Notes: generated by a model from the sequence alone, not told the origin. Counted from the stretch's first letter, positions 1 to 10,911 are shown. The stretch is 42,373 nt of DNA from Leptolyngbyaceae cyanobacterium (GCA_050331235.1 JBHJHA010000068.1:1-42373), one strand, 5' to 3'. Made by a program: numbers and translations.

Positions 1-159
1 AACAAGTTTTGGTGACTGGCGCAATGTTCATCCATGAGTCCGACGGTCGGCTGGGCTGTACGGGGCGCTGTCATTGACTCTGCCTAGTTCTCAGCCTCTA
101 TACCCTAATTTATCTACCGCTAGAGTCATTGAAGAGCGATAAGATAGAGTTCCACTGTC

Positions 160-2205
160 ATGTTGCCTGTGGTCACCGCCGTTTCCGTGCTGCCTCTCAA
201 TTCTCAAGTATTACTGGGTCATAACCAGGAGACCTATCAACGTTTGCAAACCGCTGTGCAATCGACACCGCCGCACCGCTTTTGCTTGGCAATTTGTGAC
301 GACTTGTCACTGCAGCGGCAACTAGCCGCCACCTTAGAGGAAAGCCTGCAGCACACAGGGGCGATCGCCCCCACCCAATTTTTATTGAATGCTGAGCAGC
401 CCAACCTCCCGCTGCAGCTGGCTAACTGGGCGACCCAGCGACCAGGCAATCAGGGCACTTTGCTGCAAGTTTTAGGCATTGAGCAGCTCACCTATCGTGG
501 CTCAGATACGCAATATCAGTTTTTACGATCGCTCCATCAGCTTTGGCCAGCGTGGCAACAGTTACACTGCAGCCTCCTCCTGTGGGTGCCGCGTCCCTGG
601 CTGCGGCAAATTCGTCGCGAAGTCCCGCATCTGGGTCAGACAGTCTTTGAGTTTATTAGCGAGCCGACCCCGATCTCAACCCTGACGCCGCAGCCGACCT
701 ATGAAGCGAGCTTTTCCCCCGTGCGGCGGTGGCAGTTTTTAGGCCAGGCAGAGGCCATAGCCGCTGCAACAGACTCACCCGCCAACGATGCCGCCGCCTC
801 TCTGGCCGCTGCGTCGTTAGATCCCGCAGAAGCTCCGTCAGAACCCACTGACACGACTGAGGCCGATTTGCCCGCCATTTCAGAAACCCTCTGGTCAGAA
901 CTGCAGGCCGACCTCACCCAGTTTGAGGCGACCCGCTTAGAGACAGATGTCGCGGCCTTTGACTCCACACAGCGACAACGCGACGCCTTAGATCTCAGTG
1001 AATCAGGCAATACCGCTCTCACAGACTTGGCGACCCTGAGTTCCCAGCAGCGAGCTCATTGGCAGGTCGCGTTTGATTTGCGCGATCGCGTGCAAGCGGG
1101 CGCAGCCAGCGCCCCGCTTTTAGAGACGGCCATTCGCGCCTATGAAAGGCTCCAGCCGCTGCGGATCAGTACCCCCCAGCGCACAGAGGTGCTGAATGAC
1201 TTAGGCAGCCTATATTGGCTTTGGGCCCAGCAGGCGGAAACGGTGGACATCTATTGGCAGCGACTGCTAGATAGCAGCGAGCGGTACGAAGCTGCCCTAT
1301 CGCCTATCAGCTCAGGGACAGACACCAGGGTACTCAATCGGCTGCACAGTAACCTAGGCAGCGTGTACAGCCTATTGGCGGCGCATCAAACGCCCACCCA
1401 CTATCTCGGCAAGGCAGTCAGAGCCTTTCATCGGGCGTTGCAATACGTGTCCACCGAGACGGCGGCCGAAGAATACGCCACGCTGCAGACACACTTAGGG
1501 ACAGTCTATTGGAGCCTGTCTCAATACAGCCAAGAGGCGACTTATCTACATCGGGCGATCACCGCTTATCAAGAAGCGTTGAATCAGACGCTCCCCCAAC
1601 AAGTACCGCAGATCTACGCACAACTGCAAAACAACCTGGGCATCGCTTTGTGGAGCCTGTCACGCCATGAACGCCCTATATTTTTGCTGGAGCGGGCGGT
1701 GGAAGCCTATCGGACGACATTGGCCTATCGCACCCTAGAGACGGATCCCATTGGGTATGCCGCTACCCATAACAATCTCGGCACCGCCTATTGGGATCTG
1801 GGGGGACAGTATGAGGCGGATACCGCAGCCCAACAGCAGGCGTGGCGGCAGGCAATCGCCGCCTATGAAACAGCCATTACTGCGGCTGAGCAGGTGCCTG
1901 CCGCGGAATTAGGATTCGATCTATGGGCCACTCATCACAGCGTTGGGGTGGTTTATGACCAATTAGCAATCGCCCTGGCCCCCGAGGCCCAAGCCCAAGA
2001 ACCGCTGTTGCTAGCGGCTCTGCCCCACTACGTCACGGCCTTGACCGGCTGGCAAGCAACGGCCACAACCACCGCTGATGTCGCGTTCCAAGCGTTGCTG
2101 AGAAACCTGCAATTGCAGGCAAGATATTTAGGGATTGAAACTCAGCAGCGATCGCTGAGCCAGATTCCAGCGGCTTGGCTACCAGATCTTTGGCGTAAAC
2201 TGTGA
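160..2205 (+). CDS. Tetratricopeptide-repeat protein with an N-terminal alpha/beta domain and acidic linker
   Basis: 681-aa ORF. The C-terminal half has repeated TPR-like units (LNDLGSLYW, HSNLGSVYS, QTHLGTVYW, QNNLGIALW, HNNLGTAYW), each followed by A..AY..AL helices. Confidence 0.85.
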   Translation: MLPVVTAVSVLPLNSQVLLGHNQETYQRLQTAVQSTPPHRFCLAICDDLSLQRQLAATLEESLQHTGAIAPTQFLLNAEQPNLPLQLANWATQRPGNQGTLLQVLGIEQLTYRGSDTQYQFLRSLHQLWPAWQQLHCSLLLWVPRPWLRQIRREVPHLGQTVFEFISEPTPISTLTPQPTYEASFSPVRRWQFLGQAEAIAAATDSPANDAAASLAAASLDPAEAPSEPTDTTEADLPAISETLWSELQADLTQFEATRLETDVAAFDSTQRQRDALDLSESGNTALTDLATLSSQQRAHWQVAFDLRDRVQAGAASAPLLETAIRAYERLQPLRISTPQRTEVLNDLGSLYWLWAQQAETVDIYWQRLLDSSERYEAALSPISSGTDTRVLNRLHSNLGSVYSLLAAHQTPTHYLGKAVRAFHRALQYVSTETAAEEYATLQTHLGTVYWSLSQYSQEATYLHRAITAYQEALNQTLPQQVPQIYAQLQNNLGIALWSLSRHERPIFLLERAVEAYRTTLAYRTLETDPIGYAATHNNLGTAYWDLGGQYEADTAAQQQAWRQAIAAYETAITAAEQVPAAELGFDLWATHHSVGVVYDQLAIALAPEAQAQEPLLLAALPHYVTALTGWQATATTTADVAFQALLRNLQLQARYLGIETQQRSLSQIPAAWLPDLWRKL

Positions 2206-2242
2206 CGTTTTCTAGCAGCGATGGCACGAGTAGGAGGGTGCC

Positions 2243-4063
2243 ATGGCAAGCTCAGTCACACTACAGTTTTATCGGATCAATCACCCAGCCATGCAGGTCA
2301 CTCCTTATCTTTGGTGGTTAGGCTTAGGCTCCCTAGGCAGCATGATTATGATGACGCCCGCCATGGCCGACCCTACCCTATTTTTGGCCTATCCGCCCGC
2401 TGAGCATCAGACGACCAGCGATCGCATCTTTCTGATTGGTACTGCTGAGCCCGATCAACCTGTCCTGCTCAATGGCACCCCCATTGAAAACCGCAGCGAA
2501 TCCGGGCATTTTGCCCCCACGGTGCCGCTAGCGATGGGAGCCAATACGCTGACCCTGAGCCAGGGCGATACAGAGATCACGGTGGTGGTGTCCCGACTTG
2601 CTGCGACTCCCACCGTACCGCCTGACACCTGGTTTGTCGCTGGCTCTCTAGTCCCTCAGGTCGACCGCTCACAGCCGTCTGGAGAGCTAGTGTGTTTTGG
2701 TCTGCAGGCCGTACCCGATGCCGACATCACTGTCGACTGGGCCGGACAAATTCTGCCCCTAACGGCTGTCCCCAACGCCGTGGCGCTGCCGCCCAATTCG
2801 GCAGTATTGACAGCGCAAAATGCCCCACTCCCCCTCGCTGCCACCGCCTACGAGGGCTGCACGGTAATGCCCAACGCAGATATTGCCGAATCGCCCGTTT
2901 ACCGACTGAATGATGGCAATAAAATCACCACAGCGATCGCCCCCGGTCGGATCAGTCAACTCCTACCCCTCCCGTTTCAACTGGCGGAAGTTACGGTGCC
3001 CTCAGGCATCGCCCGCACCGGCCCTAGCACCAACTATTCTCGCATTACGCCTCTGCCCCGGGGCACACGCGCGGCGGTGACAGCGATCCATGGCGACTGG
3101 CTACGGCTCGACTATGGCGGCTGGATACGTCGCTCCGAAACGGCTTTATCCTCAGCAGCGGCTCCGCCCCGGTCCACTTTGCGCAGCGTTCTCTCCATCC
3201 AGATTCCAGGCTGGACTGAGGTCCGATTCCCGTTGCAAGCGGCCGTCCCCATCGCCATTAGCCAAACGGCTGATGACCTTACCCTCACCCTGCACAACAC
3301 CACGCCCCAAACCGACACCATTTATTTCGATACAGATCCAGTGGTCGAACGATTAGACTGGCAGCCCGTCTTGCCGGACCAAGCTCAGTTTCGCTTTCAG
3401 TTTAGAACGGCTCAGCAGTGGGGCTACAAAGTACGATACGAAGGGACAACACTGGTTCTTTCCCTCAGGCATCCCCCTCAGCTAACCGATAACAATTTGG
3501 CCGGCAGCACTATTTTGCTGGATCCGGGCCACGGCAGCGAAAATGATCTGGGAGCTCGGGGCCCCACGGGCTATCCCGAAAAGGATGTAACGCTCTTGAT
3601 TTCCCAGCTATTACGGGCTGAGCTAGAAGCCCGGGGAGCTCGGGTGGTGATGACCCGCGAGGGAGATGATGATTTATTTCCCCGCGATCGCGTTGACATC
3701 ATTCAGCAAGTCGAGCCAACCCTTGCCCTGAGCATCCATTACAACGCCTTACCGGATGCCGGCGACGCCCTCGCCACCGCTGGCATCGGCATGTTTTGGT
3801 ATCACGCCCAGGCGCATGACCTCTCCGAGTTTTTACACGATTACCTGGTGCGCGAGCTTGATCGCCCAGCCTATGGCGTGTATTGGAATAATCTGGCCTT
3901 AACGCGGCCTTCAGTAGCCCCCTCAGTGCTGCTAGAACTGGGATTTATGATCAATCCCTACGAGTTTGAGTGGATTACCGATCCGGAGGCTCAGACCGCT
4001 TTGGCCGCCGGCTTGGCTGACGCGATCGCGATATGGCTGCAAACAGCAACGGCGACAGACTGA
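2243..4063 (+). CDS. N-acetylmuramoyl-L-alanine amidase (Amidase_3 family), exported
   Basis: C-terminal ILLDPGHG...EKDVTL...VVMTR...LSIHYNA...PSVLLELGFM Zn-amidase motifs. Signal-peptide-like N-terminus; the true start may be ATG 2291. SH3b-like segment ARTGPSTNYSRITPLP. Confidence 0.92.
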   Translation: MASSVTLQFYRINHPAMQVTPYLWWLGLGSLGSMIMMTPAMADPTLFLAYPPAEHQTTSDRIFLIGTAEPDQPVLLNGTPIENRSESGHFAPTVPLAMGANTLTLSQGDTEITVVVSRLAATPTVPPDTWFVAGSLVPQVDRSQPSGELVCFGLQAVPDADITVDWAGQILPLTAVPNAVALPPNSAVLTAQNAPLPLAATAYEGCTVMPNADIAESPVYRLNDGNKITTAIAPGRISQLLPLPFQLAEVTVPSGIARTGPSTNYSRITPLPRGTRAAVTAIHGDWLRLDYGGWIRRSETALSSAAAPPRSTLRSVLSIQIPGWTEVRFPLQAAVPIAISQTADDLTLTLHNTTPQTDTIYFDTDPVVERLDWQPVLPDQAQFRFQFRTAQQWGYKVRYEGTTLVLSLRHPPQLTDNNLAGSTILLDPGHGSENDLGARGPTGYPEKDVTLLISQLLRAELEARGARVVMTREGDDDLFPRDRVDIIQQVEPTLALSIHYNALPDAGDALATAGIGMFWYHAQAHDLSEFLHDYLVRELDRPAYGVYWNNLALTRPSVAPSVLLELGFMINPYEFEWITDPEAQTALAAGLADAIAIWLQTATATD

Positions 4064-4326
4064 GTGCCTGACCACGCTGAGTCCTGGCGGTGTGCCGCTT
4101 GATAACGCGCACCTCAACCCCGTTGTCCAACCCCTGGTAGCCGTCCCCTGATCAGCGACACCAGATCAGCTCGCATACTGCGGTCGGCAAGGAATCCGCG
4201 CCGGTTTCGTTCGGTTCTACGCCTACGAAACCCCCGTTATTTCCAGTAACCTCATAGCTATCAGCAAGAATTGTCAGTGATCGGCTGCTCATTGGCACCA
4301 GGGATCACCGACGAGGCAGGGAGGAA

Positions 4327-5874
4327 ATGGTGGAAGCGGTTACACATATCCGTTTGAGCGATTTAATCAGTGATCTGGCCGAATGCTCAGGAGTAGGGTC
4401 GCCCAATGCCCCAGCTTTGCCTACGCAAAAAGCTCTGTTGGTGGCAGAGGCAGAATGGCGGGCCGCGATCGCCGCTTTGACCGGCTTGCTCCCGACGTTG
4501 CCCCGGTCCACCACACCTAGCCCTGGTGCAGGCATTCCCACCGCCCAGGGTGTCACTGTCTCAGGTCCCTTGCCTGTACTCAATGGAGCCGACTTTGACC
4601 ACCGCTTGGAGTCATGGGTCGTCACGCCTCAACCATTAGCAAACGCACTTCAGGGGCAGCGGACTTTGCTACCAGCATCCGGGGGGGCGTCACCGCCATC
4701 CCGACCGGCGATGCAAATTCTCCCTCTCGCCCTCAACAGCCCGATTTTGTCCGAGCGGTTTTGCTTGGTGATGACACCGACGTTCAGCATGGCGCTGGTG
4801 TTAGGGCAGCCCACAGGGAAAAAGCCCTGTTTACAGTACTCGTTTGATCCGACGGTGCTCATGGCTATCTGGCAGCAAATCCGCCACCATGTGACCGACA
4901 GCATGGAGGCGAGTCTGGCGCGCTTAGATCACAACCTAGCTCAGACGATTTCAGTGCCCGATTATCAAATCATTACTCGCTTCACTCAGGCATTCTTGTC
5001 GAACTTGCCCCATCGCCAAAGCGCTGCTTTCTCAGCGGCGGAAGAGCGCGGCAACCTGCGTTTTAGTACCTGGTCTCCAACCTTTGCCACGGACTCAGCT
5101 CACCCTGCCCATGCCGGTCAACTGCTAGAGGCGTTAGAAAAACCCGCAGCAGAAACGATCGGTGAAGAAACTGAACTGCTGCAAGCCATGGCCCATGAAA
5201 TCCGGACGCCGTTAACGACGATTCGGACCCTAACGCGATCGCTATTGCGACGCAAAGATGTGACCGCCGACGTTAAAAAGCGGCTGCATCGCATTGATAT
5301 TGAGTGCACACAACAAATTGATCGATTCAACTTGATTTTTCGCGCGGTGGAGCTAGAGACTGCTGAGCGCGATCGCCCCCGCTCATCCCTGACCCCTATT
5401 GCCCTCAGTCAAATTTTTACGGATGCCATTCCCCGATGGCAACAGCAGGCCCAGCGTCGCAATCTCAAGCTCGATGTGACGCTGCCCCCAGCCCTGCCAC
5501 GGGTCACCAGTGACCCGACATTGCTCAATGAAGTGCTGACCGGAGTCGTTGAGTGGTTTACCCAATGTCTGCCCCCGCAAAGTCACATTCACATGACAGT
5601 GATGTTGGCGGGACATCAGCTCAAGCTGCAGTTTGAAGCCGAACCACTAACTGGCAAACAGGTTATGGCGGCCAACTGCGGGCAGCGCCGCGCTCCCCTC
5701 AAAGCTGTAGGACAACTCCTGTCGGTCGCCCCGGAAACGGGCGGAGTCAGCCTCAATTTAGATGCGACCAAAAATCTCTTTGAGTTTCTAGGCGGCAAGC
5801 TGATTTTGCGCCAGCGCCCAGAGCAAGGCGATGTGCTCACCGCTTTTTTACCCCTCGATACCCGAGAAGTATGA
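4327..5874 (+). CDS. Soluble sensor histidine kinase with degenerate ATPase domain (probably cyanobacterial Hik34-like)
   Basis: H-box AMAHEIRTPLTTIRTLTRSLL. The C-terminal region lacks recognisable N-box and DxGxG motifs. No TM segments. GGAGG RBS upstream. Confidence 0.8.
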   Translation: MVEAVTHIRLSDLISDLAECSGVGSPNAPALPTQKALLVAEAEWRAAIAALTGLLPTLPRSTTPSPGAGIPTAQGVTVSGPLPVLNGADFDHRLESWVVTPQPLANALQGQRTLLPASGGASPPSRPAMQILPLALNSPILSERFCLVMTPTFSMALVLGQPTGKKPCLQYSFDPTVLMAIWQQIRHHVTDSMEASLARLDHNLAQTISVPDYQIITRFTQAFLSNLPHRQSAAFSAAEERGNLRFSTWSPTFATDSAHPAHAGQLLEALEKPAAETIGEETELLQAMAHEIRTPLTTIRTLTRSLLRRKDVTADVKKRLHRIDIECTQQIDRFNLIFRAVELETAERDRPRSSLTPIALSQIFTDAIPRWQQQAQRRNLKLDVTLPPALPRVTSDPTLLNEVLTGVVEWFTQCLPPQSHIHMTVMLAGHQLKLQFEAEPLTGKQVMAANCGQRRAPLKAVGQLLSVAPETGGVSLNLDATKNLFEFLGGKLILRQRPEQGDVLTAFLPLDTREV

Positions 5875-5893
5875 GCCACCAGCACTACATCTC

Positions 5894-6574
5894 CTAAAGG
5901 CCAGGTGCAACAGTCATAAGGGTATCTGGCGCGATCGCGGCCAGATGGGAGTAAGCCTCCTTAACGACGAAAGTACCGCGCAGAAAGCCCGTATTGGCGG
6001 CAGGGCAGGCATACGCCAGCGTCTCGGCTGAAAATCGATCTTGCAACTGCTTGACCTGCCGTAACTGACGAGGCCAGTGAAAGGTTTTGGCAAACCGTAA
6101 AGGTCTGAGCTGACCATCGCGATCAGGCAGAAGATGTCGCCCAGTGAACAAAATACCGCCCTGCTGGGACAAGTAGACACAGGCCGAGCCCGGTGAATAG
6201 CCCGGCGTCCACAATACTTCGCCAAAGCCATCTAAGCGGTAGCGATCGCCAAAAGGTAGGAGATTAGGCAATTCGGGCAGCAAATAAGCCTCTTGCTCTT
6301 GCACCAGGACGGTCGGACAAGCAAGGGCAGCCTGCAACGCTTTAGCCTCACCGCTAGCGCCCCGGTGGGTGATCACCCAATGTTGCACACCGCCGCGATC
6401 GCGGATGAACTGCAAGACCGATTCATCGTCAGGCGGTGCATCAATCAGCAGATTAGCGGCAGCACCGGTTGTATCACGCCCTAAACAAAAGTAGGCAGTG
6501 CCGCCTAGGGTTGCCCGGTTGGGAGCAAACGCATAAATATCAGCCAGGATGAGACGCGGTGGTTTGATAGACAA
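5894..6574 (-). CDS. MBL-fold metallo-hydrolase-like protein (cyanobacterial, degenerate motif)
   Basis: NLLIDAP, ITHRG, WTPGYSPGS and ILFTGRHL follow the metallo-beta-lactamase topology. The HxHxDH motif is degenerate. TTG start. Confidence 0.8.
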   Translation of the reverse strand: MSIKPPRLILADIYAFAPNRATLGGTAYFCLGRDTTGAAANLLIDAPPDDESVLQFIRDRGGVQHWVITHRGASGEAKALQAALACPTVLVQEQEAYLLPELPNLLPFGDRYRLDGFGEVLWTPGYSPGSACVYLSQQGGILFTGRHLLPDRDGQLRPLRFAKTFHWPRQLRQVKQLQDRFSAETLAYACPAANTGFLRGTFVVKEAYSHLAAIAPDTLMTVAPGL

Positions 6575-6942
6575 CGTAAAAACTCAACAAGAACAATTAA
6601 GAAATTTTGGTGAGTCGACTTTGCAGTCTTCCCATACCGTATTTTTGGACGGTTGTTTACCGTAACATGCGTCTGAGAAACATCTGCTAGGGTAAGGGCA
6701 GTGCAACTATCGGGAACAGTCGACAGACTTAGCTGTGTTACCTTGTGGCCGTTCTGCAGTCGCGCAGAGTGGTGCTACATCCCTGCATAGATCTCAACCT
6801 GGGTCAGCGCAAACCTTAGCCGACTAATCTCAACGATAAGATAAAGGAACAAACCTTTGGTCAGGTCATCTCCACAGACTGTGATAGTGTCGATTTTCGG
6901 TGGCGGATTGCCTGCCGTGGGACAAGCAGGAACTTCATCTTC

Positions 6943-8415
6943 ATGCTGATTTTATTGCTGTTGCTCAGCATCTTTACCTATTACGTTGTGAAAAAGAGCG
7001 TCGCGGGTCTGACGCGTACGCCCATCTGGATGCTCTGGCTCGTCATGATGATTCCTGCCTTTGTATTGGCTTTCTGGAGCCTTAGCGGGCGGGCTGAGGA
7101 GCCCTTTCCCTTAAGCATTCTGCTAGGATTGTTCATTCTCTGTCCCGTTTTGTACTGGGCGTTAATTCAGTGGGGACGAGTCCCCCAAAAGGCCAACTCG
7201 CAAACACCTTTGCAAAAGTCCGCGGCTGAAACGCTTAAAGCAGCGACCGAAAAAGCAGCCATTCCCCCGTTAGGCAAGGAAGAAGAGGCTACCATCCAGC
7301 ATTGTTTCCCGTGGTCGATTTATTACTTGCAGAATATTGAATATCGACCTCAAGCTCTCATCTGTAAAGGCCAACTGCGATCGTCACCAACAGTGGCCTA
7401 CAACACGGTGCGGGAAAATATTGAGACCCATTTTGGCAAGCGCTTTTTGGTCGTTTTCCAAGAGGGGCTCAACGGGAAACCTTTTTTTGCCCTCGTTCCC
7501 AATCCAGAACGGCAGTCGACTCCATCCTCTACCCGGCCAGAAAAACTCACGCGACCCGTCCTGGCGTTGGGATTATTTGTGGCGACGCTATTTACCACTA
7601 CCGGGGTGGGGGCCTTTATCACGGGCATTACGGAAGAGTCGCTCCAGAGTAACCCCAACTTGTTTTTGGAGGGGCTACCCTATGCCGTGTCGCTTCTGGT
7701 GATTTTAGGGATTCATGAGTTGGGGCACTACTTAACTGCCAGACGCTACAAGATGAAGGCAACGTTGCCATATTTCATTCCAATTCCCTTTTTCCTGGGG
7801 ACATTTGGGGCGTTCATTCAGCTGCGATCGCCCGTTCCCAATCGTCGTGCACTCTTTGATGTCGGCATTGCCGGCCCCTTGTCAGGCTTAGTGGCGGCCT
7901 TACCACTGCTGATCTGGGGGCTGAGTCACTCAGAAATTGTAGCGATGCCTGAAAATGCAAGTCTGCTTAACTTTGAAGCCCTTGATCCGGGAGCTTCCAT
8001 CGCTTTAGCGCTGCTCAGCAAGCTGACCCTCGGCAGTCAGTTAAGTCTAGATAATGCGATTCACCTGCATCCAGTCGCAGTTTCTGGCTGTTTAGGATTG
8101 GTGGTCACAGCCCTTAACTTAATGCCTGTCGGGCAGCTCGACGGGGGACATATCGTTCACGCTATGTATGGCCAGCGCAACGGTGCCATTATCGGCCAGG
8201 TATGTCGATTTTTGGTATTAGGTCTCACTTTTGTCCATAGTGAGCTGTTCATTTGGGCCATTTTGCTGTTTTTTATTCCGGCGATTGATGAACCCGCGCT
8301 GAATGATGTAAGCGAGCTAGATGACAAGCGTGATCTATGGGGTCTGATTGCTTTAACAATTCTGGTGTTAATCGTGCTACCCACGCCTGGTCCTCTCAAA
8401 GCCTTGCTGTTCTAG
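6943..8415 (+). CDS. Site-2 protease, peptidase M50 family (EGY-like intramembrane metalloprotease)
   Basis: HELGH zinc motif, GTFGAFI, DVGIAGP, LNLMPVGQLDGGH and multiple TM helices. Confidence 0.93.
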   Translation: MLILLLLLSIFTYYVVKKSVAGLTRTPIWMLWLVMMIPAFVLAFWSLSGRAEEPFPLSILLGLFILCPVLYWALIQWGRVPQKANSQTPLQKSAAETLKAATEKAAIPPLGKEEEATIQHCFPWSIYYLQNIEYRPQALICKGQLRSSPTVAYNTVRENIETHFGKRFLVVFQEGLNGKPFFALVPNPERQSTPSSTRPEKLTRPVLALGLFVATLFTTTGVGAFITGITEESLQSNPNLFLEGLPYAVSLLVILGIHELGHYLTARRYKMKATLPYFIPIPFFLGTFGAFIQLRSPVPNRRALFDVGIAGPLSGLVAALPLLIWGLSHSEIVAMPENASLLNFEALDPGASIALALLSKLTLGSQLSLDNAIHLHPVAVSGCLGLVVTALNLMPVGQLDGGHIVHAMYGQRNGAIIGQVCRFLVLGLTFVHSELFIWAILLFFIPAIDEPALNDVSELDDKRDLWGLIALTILVLIVLPTPGPLKALLF

Positions 8416-8464
8416 AATGGGGCTTAATTTAGTTGCTTACCGTATTTGCCCCCCCTAGGTGCCT

Positions 8465-8932
8465 ATGACTCAAGAAATCACTCGGTGGCTCACAGAGATT
8501 CGGACGCTACAGCAGCAGTTAGAGTCAGTGCGGCAAGAACGGGATGAGGCCTATCAAAGTGCCGCTAATTGGCGCCGTTTATATGATGCTGAAGCTCAAC
8601 AGCGGCGGACTGAGACGACAGCTTGGCAGGCGACCGAAACAACGCTCAGGACAGAGCTGTCTACGCTCCGGGCCCAGCAAGGAGAGATCATTTCTCCCGC
8701 TGGCGAAGTGCAGCTTGACAGCGATGATTTGCAAACCGTCGAAGGTCTGCGCAAAGAGCTGATCAAGGCGCTGCAAACCTGCGATCGCTTACAAAGGGCG
8801 CTGAATGCCGAAAAGCAGGACCATGTAGAAACCCGCAAAACCTTGACTGCCGCCCTAGGCGAAACCATCGACGCGTTGAATCCCTCTTCTAGCCTAGCCC
8901 AACCGCCAGCCGCTAGAGACCCAGGTCAGTGA
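8465..8932 (+). CDS. Coiled-coil hypothetical protein
   Basis: Heptad-rich E/Q/R/L sequence. ATG 8465 (alternative GTG 8459). Confidence 0.7.
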   Translation: MTQEITRWLTEIRTLQQQLESVRQERDEAYQSAANWRRLYDAEAQQRRTETTAWQATETTLRTELSTLRAQQGEIISPAGEVQLDSDDLQTVEGLRKELIKALQTCDRLQRALNAEKQDHVETRKTLTAALGETIDALNPSSSLAQPPAARDPGQ

Positions 8933-8947
8933 GCGAGCCTAGGTTCG

Positions 8948-9586
8948 CTATTCTTTCTGAGTCGTCTCTAGGTCGCGACCTGGCAAACTCTCCATGATCG
9001 ACAAAACGGCTTGCTGTGCTGCTAGGATGTCGCGCTCTTCTCCACCGAGATACAGGCGGCCAAAACTACCAACTGAGTTGATTTGCAAGATGTTAATTAA
9101 CGCTGCCTTTTCAGCTTCGTTGGCCGCCAACGATGCATAAGCAGCCGGTTCCACTTCAAACACATAGAGCGTTTGTCCAGCCACAATCATATTGCCGCGG
9201 CGGCTTCGGTTGATGAGCTGGACGTGGTTGGAGTCGAGGTTACGGATCACTTGACTAGAAATCACCCTGGGGCGAAAGCATTCACGGCGATCAACTCCAA
9301 TGGCATCAAGCACGGCGCGTCCCGCCGCACGGACTTCGGCTTGGCTGCTCGCATGGATTTCTAAGGTGCCGTAGAGCCGTTCAACCATCAAAACCGCAGG
9401 ACGCACAACGGCAGCTTTGAGGGCGATATCCATCAAGCGGTTAATTTCAATTCCCGGTGAGATTTCCAACCAGAGTGAGGTGTCACCGGGCAGCGGCAAA
9501 AACCCGACTGAAACGGTTCCCATATATGCGGCGTGCTGCGGTTGCAGACTGTCGATGTAAACGTAGCTGCGCAGATCAACGCCCAA
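8948..9586 (-). CDS. ccmP: Carboxysome shell tandem-BMC (BMC-T) protein CcmP
   Basis: 212 aa with two permuted BMC domains: [67 protein letters not shown] start. Confidence 0.92.
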   Translation of the reverse strand: MGVDLRSYVYIDSLQPQHAAYMGTVSVGFLPLPGDTSLWLEISPGIEINRLMDIALKAAVVRPAVLMVERLYGTLEIHASSQAEVRAAGRAVLDAIGVDRRECFRPRVISSQVIRNLDSNHVQLINRSRRGNMIVAGQTLYVFEVEPAAYASLAANEAEKAALINILQINSVGSFGRLYLGGEERDILAAQQAVLSIMESLPGRDLETTQKE

Positions 9587-9739
9587 AACTTTTCAAGCTC
9601 CGACAACTCCCCTGTCAGTATATCGGCCTGCGTCCACCCGCCAAAGTTTTACTCTGCTGAGAGCGACAATCAGCCCCAGTCGGCTCTCAGGACCGACTAT
9701 CTGCGCCTCAAGACACCGCTATCAGGGGCCGAGGTCAAT

Positions 9740-10792
9740 TCACTGAGATGGGTGACGGGTAGCGACTTCAGGTAAATCCATAAGGCAAATCCATGGATCA
9801 TCGACCCGAGCGATCGCCCCACCGGGAAATGGGTCGGTCTGGCTGCGATTGGACGCGTACAGCAGCTTGATGACTTTTTCCACATGATCAAACCGGAGGG
9901 AGGTCAGCACATAGGGCTGCAACCAGCGGCGAATGACACGGCGCTGGAGGGCTAAGGGCGACGATCGCAGCGATCGTCGCTGCAGTCTATCGTTCAGCAC
10001 GGTGAGTTCATAAAGCCGGTCAGCTTCGGCGGTAAGGTAGGCACCCTCAGCGGTCAACAGCTCAGCGGTCTGCGCCAATGTGGCCTCAACCTGGGGATTG
10101 AAATGGGTGCTCAGGATCGGTAAAACGTCCAATCGCATGCGATTGCGCCGATAGTGGCGATCGCGGTTGGTGCTGTCTTCCCAAACGGGGATATCAAATT
10201 GCTGGCAAAAGTTGCCGGTCTGAGCCCGCGTGATGTCCAGCAACGGACGTGTCAAAGCAATCGCCGGATGTTCAGGACTTAAGGGACGCTGCCACCCTAG
10301 GGCTTGTAAGCCCTCCAGGCCGCTGCCCCGTACTAAGTTAAAGAGCAAGGTTTCGGCGCGATCGCTGGCCGTGTGGCCAGTAACCACATGGCTACAGCCG
10401 AGCTGCTGGGCCATCCGTCCAAAGGTTTGATAGCGCCATTGCCGAGCGGCGGCTTCACTGCGGGAGGACAGCGTCGCGGTCTCAACCATACAATGCACTC
10501 CCCAATCAGCCGTCAATTGACTCACAAAGGCTGCATTGGCCGCAGCATCGGCACGCCAGCCATGGTTGCAGTGGATGGCGTAGAGCTGCCATTGCCACTG
10601 CTTTTGCAAATCGGTGAGCAGCCGCAGTAGACACTGAGAATCTTGCCCCCCGGAAACCGCTATGAGCACCTTGGCTTGGGCCGGCAACAGCGGCGTCGCG
10701 ATCGCGACGCCGCTCGGGTGTGAGCTCAGGGGTTGCACCGGCTGAGCCTTCAGTCGCTGGTGCAAGTGGGCGTGCAACAAACTCCAGGTCAC
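9740..10792 (-). CDS. tilS: tRNA(Ile)-lysidine synthetase
   Basis: PP-loop AVSGGQDS, HCNHGWR, EAAARQWRY, TGHTASDRAET, WEDSTN, RNRMR. The likely start is GTG 10792; the ORF-track extension to 10900 looks non-coding. Confidence 0.95.
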   Translation of the reverse strand: MTWSLLHAHLHQRLKAQPVQPLSSHPSGVAIATPLLPAQAKVLIAVSGGQDSQCLLRLLTDLQKQWQWQLYAIHCNHGWRADAAANAAFVSQLTADWGVHCMVETATLSSRSEAAARQWRYQTFGRMAQQLGCSHVVTGHTASDRAETLLFNLVRGSGLEGLQALGWQRPLSPEHPAIALTRPLLDITRAQTGNFCQQFDIPVWEDSTNRDRHYRRNRMRLDVLPILSTHFNPQVEATLAQTAELLTAEGAYLTAEADRLYELTVLNDRLQRRSLRSSPLALQRRVIRRWLQPYVLTSLRFDHVEKVIKLLYASNRSQTDPFPGGAIARVDDPWICLMDLPEVATRHPSQ

Positions 10793-10911
10793 TAGCTCGT
10801 CGTCGCCCCCACAATTCAACCTTCTCACAATAACTTTTTGATTCTGCCGCACAGTCTCGAGATCGTGCTTTAAGATGGCATGACGAGATTGCTCCTTCAC
10901 CCGACGCCTTC

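Noticed and set aside
1..80. QVLVTGA Rossmann-like peptide at the window start
   Set aside because: The frame lacks the following GxxG and stops at about 77. It is too short to assign.
8948..9586. Novel metabolosome locus around the BMC gene
   Set aside because: The sequence is typical CcmP, which normally sits in a satellite locus away from the ccm operon. There are no other shell or signature enzyme genes.
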